DNA of 37,079 bases, taken from NCBI GenBank assembly GCA_021160415.1, contig JAGHCP010000086.1:1-37079 (forward strand). The letters run 5' to 3'. The stretch comes from Desulfurococcales archaeon (GTDB taxonomy: Archaea > Thermoproteota > Thermoprotei_A > Sulfolobales > NBVN01). The notes under the pieces are model-generated. The model was not told where the DNA came from and ran no database searches. It saw only the letters and a list, made by a program, of their open reading frames with translations. Of the stretch, positions 1 to 8,488 are shown piece by piece (positions within the stretch are counted from its first letter, which is position 1; each line of letters opens with the position of its first letter). The position numbers and the translations under genes are program-made.

Positions 1-615
1 AAAGCTGCCGAGAAGGTCCTCAATGAAATCGGTGGCAACGTAGAGGTCGTTCTGATTCCGCCGCCCACTGAGATAAGGGAATTGGTTAAGGTTTCTGTTA
101 AGGCCTCCATATTCGCTCAGCATGTTGACCCAGTCAATGAGGGTGCTTACACGGGTCACATCACACTAGAGATGATCAAGGACGCTGGCGCGGAAGGCGT
201 AATGATTAACCACAGTGAGAGGAAGGTCAGGGCTGATGAGGTGGAGAGAGTAGTTAAGAAAGCTAAGAGTATGGGTTTAAGAACCCTAGTATGTGCTGAC
301 ACCCCGACAGTGGCGGCCGCTCTCTCCTTACTTGCCCCTGAGATGGTAGCTGTTGAACCCCCAGAATTAATAGGAACAGGAATCTCGGTTTCTAAGGCCA
401 AGCCGGAAGTCATTACGGACACGGTGCAACTAATTAAGAAAGTATCACCTAACGTAAGGGTTTTGACAGGAGCCGGTGTCAGCACCGCTGAAGACGTAAT
501 TAAAGCTATCGAGCTAGGTAGCGAGGGTGTTTTAGTCGCGTCGGCAGTGATGAAAGCCCATAAGCCTGAGGATAAGATAAGGGAATTAGCTGGCGCTCTC
601 CTTAAAGGACGATAA
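1..615 (+). CDS. tpiA: Triosephosphate isomerase, archaeal type (5' end cut by window edge)
   Basis: Frame 1 is open from base 1, with no stop before the ORF-track start at 82, so the CDS runs off the 5' edge. The translation carries archaeal TIM signatures (INHSERK, VAVEPPELIGTG, GAGVSTAEDV). Confidence 0.9.
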   Translation, partial: KAAEKVLNEIGGNVEVVLIPPPTEIRELVKVSVKASIFAQHVDPVNEGAYTGHITLEMIKDAGAEGVMINHSERKVRADEVERVVKKAKSMGLRTLVCADTPTVAAALSLLAPEMVAVEPPELIGTGISVSKAKPEVITDTVQLIKKVSPNVRVLTGAGVSTAEDVIKAIELGSEGVLVASAVMKAHKPEDKIRELAGALLKGR

Positions 616-644
616 ATCTTAAAGCTAGATCTCGAAGTTTTCGA

Positions 645-723
645 GGGCCCGTGGCCTAGCCAGGATTAAGGCACCGGCCTGCGGAGCCGGGGATCCCGGG
701 TTCAAATCCCGGCGGGCCCGCCA
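645..723 (+). tRNA. tRNA-Arg (anticodon GCG), no intron, CCA encoded
   Basis: Cloverleaf read by eye: acceptor GGGCCCG/CGGGCCC, D-arm GCCT..AGGC, anticodon arm CCGGC-CTGCGGA-GCCGG, T-arm CCGGG-TTCAAAT-CCCGG, discriminator G, then CCA. An A/T-rich box (ATAAATCTTAAAG, 612..624) lies about 25 nt upstream. Confidence 0.9.
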
Positions 724-807
724 GAATTCAATGAGGGGAACACACGTAATTCCCACTTAAAGCCCTACCGTAATACATTAAACTACTTAACGAAATCTGG
801 GTCAGTC

Positions 808-1677
808 ATGAAGGTAAATCCTAGCAAGGCGTTCCTCGTAGCCCTATGGTTCGTGGCGTGGCTCAGCATATCTGCTTCATCAATTCTTGTGATCCTCTCG
901 AGGCAGACCTCCCTCGTGTGTGCTTTCTGGAGATTGCTTTTCTCGTTGCCTTTAGTGGCTTTCGCTTCGTACTTCTCGGGAGGGCCGAAGCATATGAGCT
1001 TGAGGGAGTTACTTCTAGCGTGCCTTGCAGGGGTTTTCCTTGCATTCCACTTCCTAACTTGGATGACTTCCCTTCACCTGACAAGTGTGGCCTTATCCAC
1101 GACGTTGGTCGTTCTTTACCCATTAATAGCTGCTGTGGTGGAGGTCGTTCTGCATAAAGCAAGCATAACGAAAGAAAGTGCTCTAGGCTTGGTACTGTCC
1201 GTTGCGGGAGCGGCCATCTCATTAGCGCCTTCTTTCTCTACAGGTTATTGGTTAGGGCCTTCATTGGCCCTTATGGGTGCTTTCCTTGCGGCCGGGTATT
1301 TCCTAATCGGTTCGGAGGTCAGGAGAGCTGCAGGTCTTTGGAACTACGTGCTTGTTGCTTATGCGTCGGCGGCGCTAGCCCTAGGTATTTATGGCGGCTT
1401 AGCCGGGGATTCACTATTCCCCAGCTCCTCCACAGCATGGTTCTTCTTGGTTGCTTTAGCATTAGTGCCTATGATAGGAGGGCATACCACCATGAATTAC
1501 ATGCTGAAGTATATGCCTACCTACTCAGTTACGTCGGTGGCTCTAGGTGAGCCTGTGGGCGCCTCCTTAATAGCTTGGGCGGTGCTTAACCAGAAGCCAG
1601 GAATTAATGTGTGGGTGGGGATGCTTCTTGTTCTCATGGGGGAGTGGTTAGTATTGAGGGTTACGGGGAACTCATAA
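808..1677 (+). CDS. EamA/DMT-superfamily membrane transporter
   Basis: 289 aa, almost entirely hydrophobic with about 10 predicted TM segments in two similar halves, which is the typical EamA-repeat architecture. The alternate-frame ORFs inside it are shadows. Confidence 0.7.
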   Translation: MKVNPSKAFLVALWFVAWLSISASSILVILSRQTSLVCAFWRLLFSLPLVAFASYFSGGPKHMSLRELLLACLAGVFLAFHFLTWMTSLHLTSVALSTTLVVLYPLIAAVVEVVLHKASITKESALGLVLSVAGAAISLAPSFSTGYWLGPSLALMGAFLAAGYFLIGSEVRRAAGLWNYVLVAYASAALALGIYGGLAGDSLFPSSSTAWFFLVALALVPMIGGHTTMNYMLKYMPTYSVTSVALGEPVGASLIAWAVLNQKPGINVWVGMLLVLMGEWLVLRVTGNS

Positions 1678-1724
1678 GTTGATTAAGTCTCTAGCTAATC
1701 AAACTTTAATTAAGGTGAAATAGC

Positions 1725-2816
1725 TTGGCTAAAATCCCTAAGGGGGTCCTGAAGGATAGGGTTAGGAGGTTTCAGAACACCCTGCGCAATAAGGGTGTGG
1801 ATGCCGCAGTTATAAGAACGCTCTCAAGCTTCAGGTACTTCACGGGCTTTAAGTGGTTAAGGCCTTCGCTACTAATCCCGGCTGAGGGGGAACCCCTCAT
1901 TTTCGCTGTTCGTGGGGAGGAGGAAGGTGTGAGGGATCTGGGGTGGTTCGGAGGCATCACTTCCTACGTAGAGGGAGGAGATCTCATGGGTAAGGTTTCT
2001 ACCCTTATCCGGAACTCCCGTTACAGAAAGGTAGGCCTTGAGTTCGGCGTTGAGAGGGATGCATTTATACTGTTCTATGAGATGTTCAAGAGGCTTAACC
2101 CTTCAGTTGAGGTTGTCGATGTTTCGGAGCTGACGTATGGTCTGAGGCTCATCAAGGATGAGTATGAGCGTGAGTTAATCAGGTGTGCGGGGAGGGTAGC
2201 TAGTAAGGTGATGAAGGCTGTGCTAGAGGAAGTTAAGACAGGCCTTACCGAAACGGAGATTGCGGGGACTGTGTATTCGCTTCTTTTCGAGAAGGGTTGC
2301 GAATCACCACTGGTTTACGTTAATGCAGGCCCGCACCCCAGGGTGCATGCGGAACCCTTAAAGCATTTCAGGGTTAAGGAAGGTACTACAGTAGTTATTG
2401 TGCTGAGCGCTGATTGTGAAGGGTATTACGCAAACAAGGCGTCGACGCTTCTCATGGAGCCAGCGCCTAGAAAGGCTCACGATGCTTTGAAATGTGCTCG
2501 TGAGGTGTTTGAAGCGGCGATGGATTTAACGATGGTGGGAACCACGTTCAATGATGTGATGAAGGAATTGGATAGTATCTACGGAAGATACGGCTTCCTC
2601 GAGGAAAGAATTATTGGGTATACCCACGGAGTTGGTCTCCAGGTTGAGGAAGCCCCAATAACAACCATAGTGCCTAAGCACAGATTCATTAAGGTCGCTG
2701 AAGGCATGGCACTATCCTTCGTTCATTCACCTCTAATGCTTCCAGGTATAGGCCAAGTCAAGTACGAGGAGACATTCCTAGTTGGGGACGGAGGCCTTCA
2801 CATAGTTACTCAGTGA
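1725..2816 (+). CDS. M24-fold (creatinase/prolidase-like) protein, Xaa-Pro aminopeptidase family, with divergent metal-ligand positions
   Basis: 363 aa with a creatinase-like N-domain plus a pita-bread C-domain. Motif GYTHGVGLQVEEAP matches the HGxGLxxHExP region of prolidases. TTG start as given in the ORF track. Confidence 0.7.
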   Translation: MAKIPKGVLKDRVRRFQNTLRNKGVDAAVIRTLSSFRYFTGFKWLRPSLLIPAEGEPLIFAVRGEEEGVRDLGWFGGITSYVEGGDLMGKVSTLIRNSRYRKVGLEFGVERDAFILFYEMFKRLNPSVEVVDVSELTYGLRLIKDEYERELIRCAGRVASKVMKAVLEEVKTGLTETEIAGTVYSLLFEKGCESPLVYVNAGPHPRVHAEPLKHFRVKEGTTVVIVLSADCEGYYANKASTLLMEPAPRKAHDALKCAREVFEAAMDLTMVGTTFNDVMKELDSIYGRYGFLEERIIGYTHGVGLQVEEAPITTIVPKHRFIKVAEGMALSFVHSPLMLPGIGQVKYEETFLVGDGGLHIVTQ

Positions 2817-2884
2817 GGTTAATGTTTTCGATTACTCGTTAACAATTTTAATGCCTGCTCTAGTTCTTTTAGACTAATCTAAAT

Positions 2885-3280
2885 GTGTTGGGTGGTAAAA
2901 TGGTGTGCGTGTGTGTCCCCACTGACGAGGGGAAATATGTGAAGTTAGGTCACTTCGGCGATGCGAAGTACTACTACCACTACCTCTTTGAGGGAGGTAA
3001 GTGGAGATTAGCTAAGAAAGTCAGCAATCCTTTCACTGGCCAGCATGTCCTTGATGAAGATGAGGAGGAAGAAAGCGAGAAAAGGATTAACATATACGAA
3101 ATGAATAAGGAATGCGACTTCATTGTGGCTATTGCTTTCGGTAAGGGGGGCCAGAAATTCATGGAGAAGAGAGGTTTAGGTGTGATTAAGGTTAAGCCAA
3201 GAACCACCGTGGAGGAAGCCCTTCAAGAGGCTGAGAGGTTCATTAAAGCAGGGGTCAGTTCGGAGGGAAGACTGCATTAA
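2885..3280 (+). CDS. NifB/NifX-like (dinitrogenase FeMo-cofactor-binding domain family, COG1433-like) protein
   Basis: N-terminal V(C)VPTDEG..V..HFGDA and C-terminal DFIVAIAFGKGGQKFMEKRGLGVIKV match the family pattern. An acidic insertion (DEDEEEESEKR) sits in the middle. The likely true start is the ATG at 2900. Confidence 0.5.
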   Translation: MLGGKMVCVCVPTDEGKYVKLGHFGDAKYYYHYLFEGGKWRLAKKVSNPFTGQHVLDEDEEEESEKRINIYEMNKECDFIVAIAFGKGGQKFMEKRGLGVIKVKPRTTVEEALQEAERFIKAGVSSEGRLH

Positions 3281-3282
3281 GG

Positions 3283-3287
3283 TTTTT
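3283..3287 (+). terminator. Oligo-T tract (T5) directly after the stop codon of the NifX-like gene
   Basis: TAAGGTTTTTGAT. Archaeal RNAP terminates at oligo-T runs. The tract lies between convergent genes. Confidence 0.3.
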
Positions 3288-3308
3288 GATGACGTAGGTG
3301 AAGACCCC

Positions 3309-3776
3309 TCACTCCAGCAGGTTTGGTGGTATAAGCACTTCAGCAACACCTAATTCTTCCAGCAGTAGAGCGTCCAGTATACCGATGTAGGTAAGGGAGT
3401 GGGGTTCGAAGGTATGCATGCCTATCTGGATAGCTTGCTTAAACTTTATAGGGACTTTGCCGTCGTGGGTCATTATGCCAGAAAGTGCAAGTGCGTAGTA
3501 CTTCCTGGCAAGATTTTTAATTACGGAAAGTAGCTTCGAATCCACTGATTTATCAGGGATTGCGGAAAATGATTGCTTCATGAGACGCGCATCGCTTAGG
3601 GACTTCACAACGGTTCTTAGTATCGCTTCAAGCCGTGTACATATCTCCGGTTTAGGCGTTGCTCCGCACCACCTCATAGTATCAGAGATCTCCGCACTAA
3701 CCTCCTCAACCTCTTCATGGCTTAGGGCATCTAAGGTTGCGGAGGACAGTTCCTTGCGTATTAAGTCCCTGAGCAC
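3309..3776 (-). CDS. GINS subunit, Gins15/Gins51-like (putative)
   Basis: 155 aa with a helical N-terminal half and a beta-rich C-terminal part (VPIKFKQAIQIG..FEPHSLTYIGILDALLLEELGVAEVL) resembling the GINS B-domain pattern. It lies immediately downstream of priS, the conserved position of gins15 in Sulfolobus. GTG start. Confidence 0.5.
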   Translation of the reverse strand: MLRDLIRKELSSATLDALSHEEVEEVSAEISDTMRWCGATPKPEICTRLEAILRTVVKSLSDARLMKQSFSAIPDKSVDSKLLSVIKNLARKYYALALSGIMTHDGKVPIKFKQAIQIGMHTFEPHSLTYIGILDALLLEELGVAEVLIPPNLLE

Positions 3777-3834
3777 CGCTCACAACCGAGTAATTCTAGG
3801 GTTGAGGACCATATTGAGTGTTTTTTCAGTTGGC

Positions 3835-4881
3835 TCACATAATTCTCTCTATATGTACTGCCCCGTTAAGTGCTAGGAATATCCCTACGGGGAGAGGTAG
3901 CAGAATTAACTGGTCCGGGTATAACTGAATCTTCTCCCCCAGGATCGAAATCACCTTGGATGTTATTAGGGGTTTCACCAGGCTTTCACCTTCGAAGGGA
4001 GAGAGGTGGATACCGTAAGTGAATTCTAATAGCTCCGATTCATTACGGAACACTTTCACTGGGAGCCCAGACTTTCCGTTTAACGTGTTAGGAATCCTTA
4101 TTAACCTGGAGAGATCGGGGGTTACTTGTTCATCCACCTCCACGGAAAACCTATTCACTACCTCATCTACTACTATTTCATCCAATGTCTTTCCCTCACG
4201 GATTAAGGCTGCAGCTCTGCCGAGCCATCCTCCCTTAACTGGTAGGTGTAGATCGGCTGAATTTACTTTTCTGGATGGTAGCAGTAACCTTAGGTCAAGC
4301 TGATTCCCTTTAATATAGTCAACGAGCTCCCTGCGGGCTGAGGAGATCATTTTTAGCCACTCAGTGTCCTTAGGTCTGACCACTGTGTGGAAACCTCTAT
4401 TCCCTGTGAAGTAGTAGGTGATTTCCCCCTCTGAGAAGCCGAAGTCCTTGATTAGGAAGTCAATCAGCCTCAATTGATGCTCCTTCCCTAACTCAATGCA
4501 TCTACCACTTATGATATGAACGGGCTTTCCCTCAGGGAGTGTCAGCTCTTGAGAGTCGCAGCCCGGAATATGGTCGACATCTATATCAAACAGCAATTCA
4601 GCCCCTATTAGCCCCTTATCCTCCATGCTCGATGCGGCAGGGTCTCGGTACAGAGCGACGGAGTAATAGGAATTAAGGGGCGTTTCGTTTATGAGGTATT
4701 CCCTCAGTGATGCGAGGCTTTGGAAGGAGAGATGCCTCACGTATCTTTTGGTCGTGAATGATTGAAAGGCAAACTCACGGAGTATGAAGTCATCAGGTAA
4801 CTGAATCTCGGCCCTCGAGAAATACTTTCTCAGTAGCTCCCTTAGTACTTCCTCTGTTCTACTCAGCCCTTGGCGCGACAT
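3835..4881 (-). CDS. priS: DNA primase small (catalytic) subunit PriS
   Basis: 348 aa with the catalytic acidic motif ELLFDIDVDH and a downstream YFTGNRGFH motif typical of archaeo-eukaryotic primases. Its start overlaps the pcna stop by 23 nt. Confidence 0.9.
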   Translation of the reverse strand: MSRQGLSRTEEVLRELLRKYFSRAEIQLPDDFILREFAFQSFTTKRYVRHLSFQSLASLREYLINETPLNSYYSVALYRDPAASSMEDKGLIGAELLFDIDVDHIPGCDSQELTLPEGKPVHIISGRCIELGKEHQLRLIDFLIKDFGFSEGEITYYFTGNRGFHTVVRPKDTEWLKMISSARRELVDYIKGNQLDLRLLLPSRKVNSADLHLPVKGGWLGRAAALIREGKTLDEIVVDEVVNRFSVEVDEQVTPDLSRLIRIPNTLNGKSGLPVKVFRNESELLEFTYGIHLSPFEGESLVKPLITSKVISILGEKIQLYPDQLILLPLPVGIFLALNGAVHIERIM

Positions 4882-5602
4882 AGTAGTTCAGCTTCGCACC
4901 CTCAATGAAGCTGAGTTCAAGTTTAATCGGCATGTCCGCATCTGCCTTAATGATGGCGGTGTCCGATACCCTTAAAGGCTGCTTAATGTATGTGAAGTAC
5001 TCCATCCCGTAGCTAACTGAGAATCCGGGATTCTTAACCTCCGCCTTCCCCAGCACCCCCTTATCCAGGCTTAGCACTATCTCAGCTTCACTTAAGTCAC
5101 TTTCGGAGCTGAGCCTTAGAACGCCCTCCTCACCCTTAACCCACAGCACTTCACCGACGTCTTCAAGGCCCGTGATAGCTTCGTAAAGGACCTCCCCCGA
5201 CATCTCGAAGACATTGTCTAGATCCAGGCTAAGCTCAGGGATTTCTTGCAGCTCCTCCATTTGTAGGGGAAGACGAAACGTTCGTGGAACCCCTCTTTTC
5301 TCGAATGTTAGTTTAATTGACGACCCATCTGCTTCAATAGTTATTTTATCGTCTCTCTCAGCGCTACGCATTATTTTACCCACTTCATCCAAGTTGAGCT
5401 GTAGCTTAGTATCGGCATCGATGTCATATGTCTCAAACGCGGATCTCGGTATCGTGAATTCCAGGAGAGCAGTCTTCGAGGGGTCAATACCTTTAACACT
5501 TAGAAAATCATCGGTGGCGGTAAGTACCGCGGTGTCTATGAACTTACTCATAGCGGTTATGGTGTACCGCCACACCCTCGCATCAGCGAATGTAACCTTC
5601 AC
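4859..5602 (-). CDS. pcn: DNA polymerase sliding clamp PCNA
   Basis: 247 aa, the typical two-domain PCNA length, with an N-terminus (FADARVWRYTITAMSKFIDTAVL) of the archaeal PCNA pattern. Sits in the conserved pcna-priS-gins context. Confidence 0.9.
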   Translation of the reverse strand: MKVTFADARVWRYTITAMSKFIDTAVLTATDDFLSVKGIDPSKTALLEFTIPRSAFETYDIDADTKLQLNLDEVGKIMRSAERDDKITIEADGSSIKLTFEKRGVPRTFRLPLQMEELQEIPELSLDLDNVFEMSGEVLYEAITGLEDVGEVLWVKGEEGVLRLSSESDLSEAEIVLSLDKGVLGKAEVKNPGFSVSYGMEYFTYIKQPLRVSDTAIIKADADMPIKLELSFIEGAKLNYYVAPRAE

Positions 5603-5659
5603 GGAGAACCCTCCCCTCAGAATTATTTACGTGTGGTTGAGTATTAAACATGTTTATGG

Positions 5660-6001
5660 TTATTCGTACTCCCTCCATGTATACCCGCACTTAGCGCAGA
5701 TGTAGATCCTTGTCGGTGGTTCATCGGCTGATCTAGTCTGAAGGATTATGTAGTAGGCCTCGTCATGGCCACACTTAGGGCACCTAACGCCCTTCGTCTT
5801 GGGGAGGCCTTGTAGAGAGTACTTAGAATCAACGACGATTGTCTTCTCCCTTTCGTCATGATGTATTTTCTTGCTGAGAACAGCTCTCCCTCCCCCAGAA
5901 GAATCTTTAATGTACCCGCATCTAGGGCAGACCAAGACTTTCTTGCCGTTGATGACCCTGGGGACCATTATACTTCCGCATTTAGGGCAGAACTCAACCA
6001 C
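5660..6001 (-). CDS. tfs: Transcript cleavage factor TFS (RpoM/Rpb9-TFIIS-like)
   Basis: 113 aa with an N-terminal ribbon CPKCG..CPRCG and a C-terminal ribbon CPKCG..CAKCG. It carries the catalytic acidic loop QTRSADEP. Confidence 0.9.
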   Translation of the reverse strand: MVEFCPKCGSIMVPRVINGKKVLVCPRCGYIKDSSGGGRAVLSKKIHHDEREKTIVVDSKYSLQGLPKTKGVRCPKCGHDEAYYIILQTRSADEPPTRIYICAKCGYTWREYE

Positions 6002-6011
6002 TCCGCAACAC

Positions 6012-6326
6012 CTAGGTTGTGTTTTGGTATTCCCGGCAAATTAACCTATGGGTCTCAGTAATAAGCCTCTGGATGAATGCCCAATGCACGCGAATCTCCT
6101 GTGGAGACGGAACTTTTCCACTCAATTCTTCGTAGCGTAAACTTATGGTTCTCTTAACTTCCTCCAAGAGAGCATTCCTACTAAGAAACTGTAGAGCGTC
6201 CGATGAGGTTCCGGGTATAAGCCCGAAGTGCTCTATCCCTTTCTCACCTCGGAAAATGAAGAAAGCAGTATGGGTATTCTCACATCTAATCTCCACCATA
6301 AGTAAAGTCCTGACTTCCTTCTTCAT
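6012..6326 (-). CDS. Hypothetical protein (104 aa) embedded between rpoL and tfs
   Basis: The ORF fills the gap exactly, with 3 nt after the rpoL stop and 10 nt before the tfs start. Composition is protein-like, and I recognise no motif. Confidence 0.5.
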   Translation of the reverse strand: MKKEVRTLLMVEIRCENTHTAFFIFRGEKGIEHFGLIPGTSSDALQFLSRNALLEEVKRTISLRYEELSGKVPSPQEIRVHWAFIQRLITETHRLICREYQNTT

Positions 6327-6329
6327 CGA

Positions 6330-6617
6330 TTATTCCTTCAGCTCTTCGCACGATTCTAGGACTTTAAGCAACTCACTTGCTTCAGCCTTGAGGCTTGTAA
6401 CCACCTCCCTAAAAACCTGCAGGGCGCTTACCTCCCCATCAGTGACTAGCCTCACAACAGGGCTTCCTTCGAGGGGGTGCTCAATTGCGTAGGCCGCAAG
6501 CTTTATGTGGGGGTGCTTAAGGGCTTCCTTAGCTATTAAATTCCCTAATGTGTGGTCCTCCCCGACTAATTTGACCACAAGTTCCTTAGAGGATAGCTTC
6601 CTCACCTCAACCTTCAT
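6330..6617 (-). CDS. rpoL: DNA-directed RNA polymerase subunit L (Rpo11)
   Basis: 95 aa. LVGEDHTLGNLIAKEALKHPHIKLAAYAIEHPL matches the Rpo11/Rpb11 dimerisation-domain signature. Confidence 0.85.
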   Translation of the reverse strand: MKVEVRKLSSKELVVKLVGEDHTLGNLIAKEALKHPHIKLAAYAIEHPLEGSPVVRLVTDGEVSALQVFREVVTSLKAEASELLKVLESCEELKE

Positions 6618-7242
6618 CCCTTGTCCCTACCTTCTCTCCTAGAGACTTTCTTAATAAGCTTCTCCATTCCCCGGCAGGGACAGACTTCACATCATCCTCC
6701 CTTATGTACCCTTTAGAGCTGAGCTCCTTCAAGGCGTCTTCAACATCAACTCCTTTTAGGTAGGAGTAACTTACGACCAGCTGCTTAAGAGCTCTGCTTG
6801 CCTTCGGCTTAACGCGTACGAGATCCTTAAGGAGGGATGACAGCTGTGAAGCTGTCTCAATGATGCGGTCCCTTGGAACACCGCTTGTCACCTCAATGGT
6901 ACCGCCGGAGAGCTTCACTCCATGCCCCTCTAACCTCAGCACCTCTTCAAGGGCCTCGACAGGGAAGGGCCCCCCTACATACCTCATTAAGGTCTTAAGG
7001 GATATTGAGTAGGTTCTCTTGAGTGGGGCTCTTAAGGCCCTCCAATCCTTGTAGGCGTTCAGCAAAGCCCTCCTTGCTAGCGCGATCTCTCCCTTAGTTC
7101 CGTAAAGAGTTATTTCAACAGAATGCTGCTTAACTCTCAAGGAGGTTAGGAAGGCTTTAAAGCCCTTAACCCTGGATAAATACTCCGCTAGCTCCATGCA
7201 CTCCTCCTGCGTGGCACAGGGAAATCCGATCCTCACATTCAT
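6607..7242 (-). CDS. Conserved-looking hypothetical protein (211 aa) between csl4 and rpoL
   Basis: Overlaps the csl4 stop by 4 nt and the rpoL start by 11 nt, so it is presumably co-translated. I cannot name a catalytic motif. Confidence 0.6.
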   Translation of the reverse strand: MNVRIGFPCATQEECMELAEYLSRVKGFKAFLTSLRVKQHSVEITLYGTKGEIALARRALLNAYKDWRALRAPLKRTYSISLKTLMRYVGGPFPVEALEEVLRLEGHGVKLSGGTIEVTSGVPRDRIIETASQLSSLLKDLVRVKPKASRALKQLVVSYSYLKGVDVEDALKELSSKGYIREDDVKSVPAGEWRSLLRKSLGEKVGTRDEG

Positions 7243-7826
7243 GTGGTTATGCCCTTCACCTTACCGTAATCAACGCTTAATTTCCGCTTTTCTATCCTCC
7301 CACACTTAGGGCATTTAACGGTGTCTGGCCCCGTTTTCTTAAGTATTGCCCCACACTCCCCGCAGAACGCAAGGACAACGCCCAGTCTGGGCTCCCTCAG
7401 CGTCAGGTTGTAGGGTGGGTGATCGCTTAGAACTTTTCCCTTAACGATATCTCCAACTCTGATGACTTCGTAGAGGTCCTTCACGTGTCTGTCGGAGGCT
7501 TGAGATATGTGGAGAAGTCCTGTGAACCCTGAAGGGTACTCAACTCCTCTTAAGTCTTTAAGGATTTTAATAATGGCGAATTCATCCTTAACCACGGCCA
7601 CAACGCCGTAAATTACGGAGTTCCTTTCTGGCAGCCTCGGAACTCCCTTAATGGGCAGCACTGAAACTGTTCTAGCGACCATGTCAACCTGTACTTTGCC
7701 AGCCCAAGCAGCTCGGACAACACCTTCCTTCTCGAACGTTCCGTATCCGGGAAGGAATTCCTCAATGACGCAGAGTTCGTCGCCTGGGAGTACATCCTTA
7801 TTCCTCAGCTCATCTATTCTCTGCAA
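7239..7826 (-). CDS. csl4: Exosome complex RNA-binding cap protein Csl4
   Basis: 195 aa with an N-terminal domain, a central S1-like domain (GDIVKGKV) and a C-terminal Zn-ribbon CGECG..CPKCG, which is the Csl4 architecture. Confidence 0.85.
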   Translation of the reverse strand: MQRIDELRNKDVLPGDELCVIEEFLPGYGTFEKEGVVRAAWAGKVQVDMVARTVSVLPIKGVPRLPERNSVIYGVVAVVKDEFAIIKILKDLRGVEYPSGFTGLLHISQASDRHVKDLYEVIRVGDIVKGKVLSDHPPYNLTLREPRLGVVLAFCGECGAILKKTGPDTVKCPKCGRIEKRKLSVDYGKVKGITT

Positions 7827-7846
7827 CGCGTCACCCTCAGAGACAT

Positions 7847-8488
7847 CTATATGCCCCCACTATTAAAGGTAAGTAAGTAGGCGTCAACGTAGTAGGATTT
7901 CCTAGTATGTGCCTCCATAGTCATCCCCAGCCTTAACTTGACCTTATCTAAAATCCTGTACGAAGTTAAGAGACCGTCAACAACCAATTCATCGAGGACA
8001 TCCTTGAAGCCTTCCGACGCCTTGTGGATTGAGTACCCTTTTCTGCAGAGGTGCGCTGCTTTTAAAATAAAATCGATGTCAGCACCCCTTGACCAAACCC
8101 CGAAGGGCGGGTTCATAACAACAACGCAGTTCTTGGGCGGGCGTGAGAAATCCTCTCCTCTTACATCGGCTTGAATGAAGTCCACGTTAGGGGACTTCCA
8201 GACTTTGCTTAAGAACTCCTTCGCCTGATGAAGAGCTTCGTAGTCTATGTCGACGCATACCACACCCTTAGCACCTAGGAGAAGGGATCCATAAGCGAGC
8301 TTCCCAGTTCCACAACCTAAGTCATATACGGTTCCTTCCAAGTCACCCTTCATGAACGCCTCCCACAGCAACTCAGCAGCAATGTCGGAGGGTGTTACGT
8401 ACTGCTCAAGTTCCCTCTTCGGGCTCCGGAATTGAGGAGTTTCTTCAAGGAGGATCTCCAGCGATTTCTTGCTGAACCTCCTCACCAA
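7847..8488 (-). CDS. Class I SAM-dependent methyltransferase, METTL5/COG2263-like (NPPF-type N6-adenine/RNA methylase)
   Basis: SAM motif I VYDLGCGTGKLAYG, acidic motif II VCVDID, and catalytic motif IV VVMNPPFG. Upstream of csl4, as in many archaea. Confidence 0.75.
   Translation of the reverse strand: MVRRFSKKSLEILLEETPQFRSPKRELEQYVTPSDIAAELLWEAFMKGDLEGTVYDLGCGTGKLAYGSLLLGAKGVVCVDIDYEALHQAKEFLSKVWKSPNVDFIQADVRGEDFSRPPKNCVVVMNPPFGVWSRGADIDFILKAAHLCRKGYSIHKASEGFKDVLDELVVDGLLTSYRILDKVKLRLGMTMEAHTRKSYYVDAYLLTFNSGGI

Noticed and set aside
695-712. 18-nt identity (CCCGGGTTCAAATCCCGG) between tRNA-Arg and tRNA-Asp (15283..15300, minus strand) as a possible att-site duplication of an integrated element
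   Set aside because: It is simply the shared T-arm of two complete, different tRNAs. There is no partial tRNA copy, integrase or foreign-looking gene block between or beside them.
846-1550. Several alternate-frame ORFs of 100 to 119 aa inside the EamA transporter gene
   Set aside because: They overlap a coherent 10-TM transporter frame, and their translations are Arg/Cys/Pro-rich with no membrane or domain logic. These are frame shadows.
5214-5705. 163-aa plus-strand ORF antisense to PCNA. Similar long antisense ORFs occur at 26549..27028, 12939..13322, 32026..32445, 6145..6492 and 156..485.
   Set aside because: Each lies entirely opposite a gene with strong family signatures. Their translations are Ser/Leu/Arg-rich, low-complexity shadows with no motifs, as expected for antisense frames of well-conserved genes.
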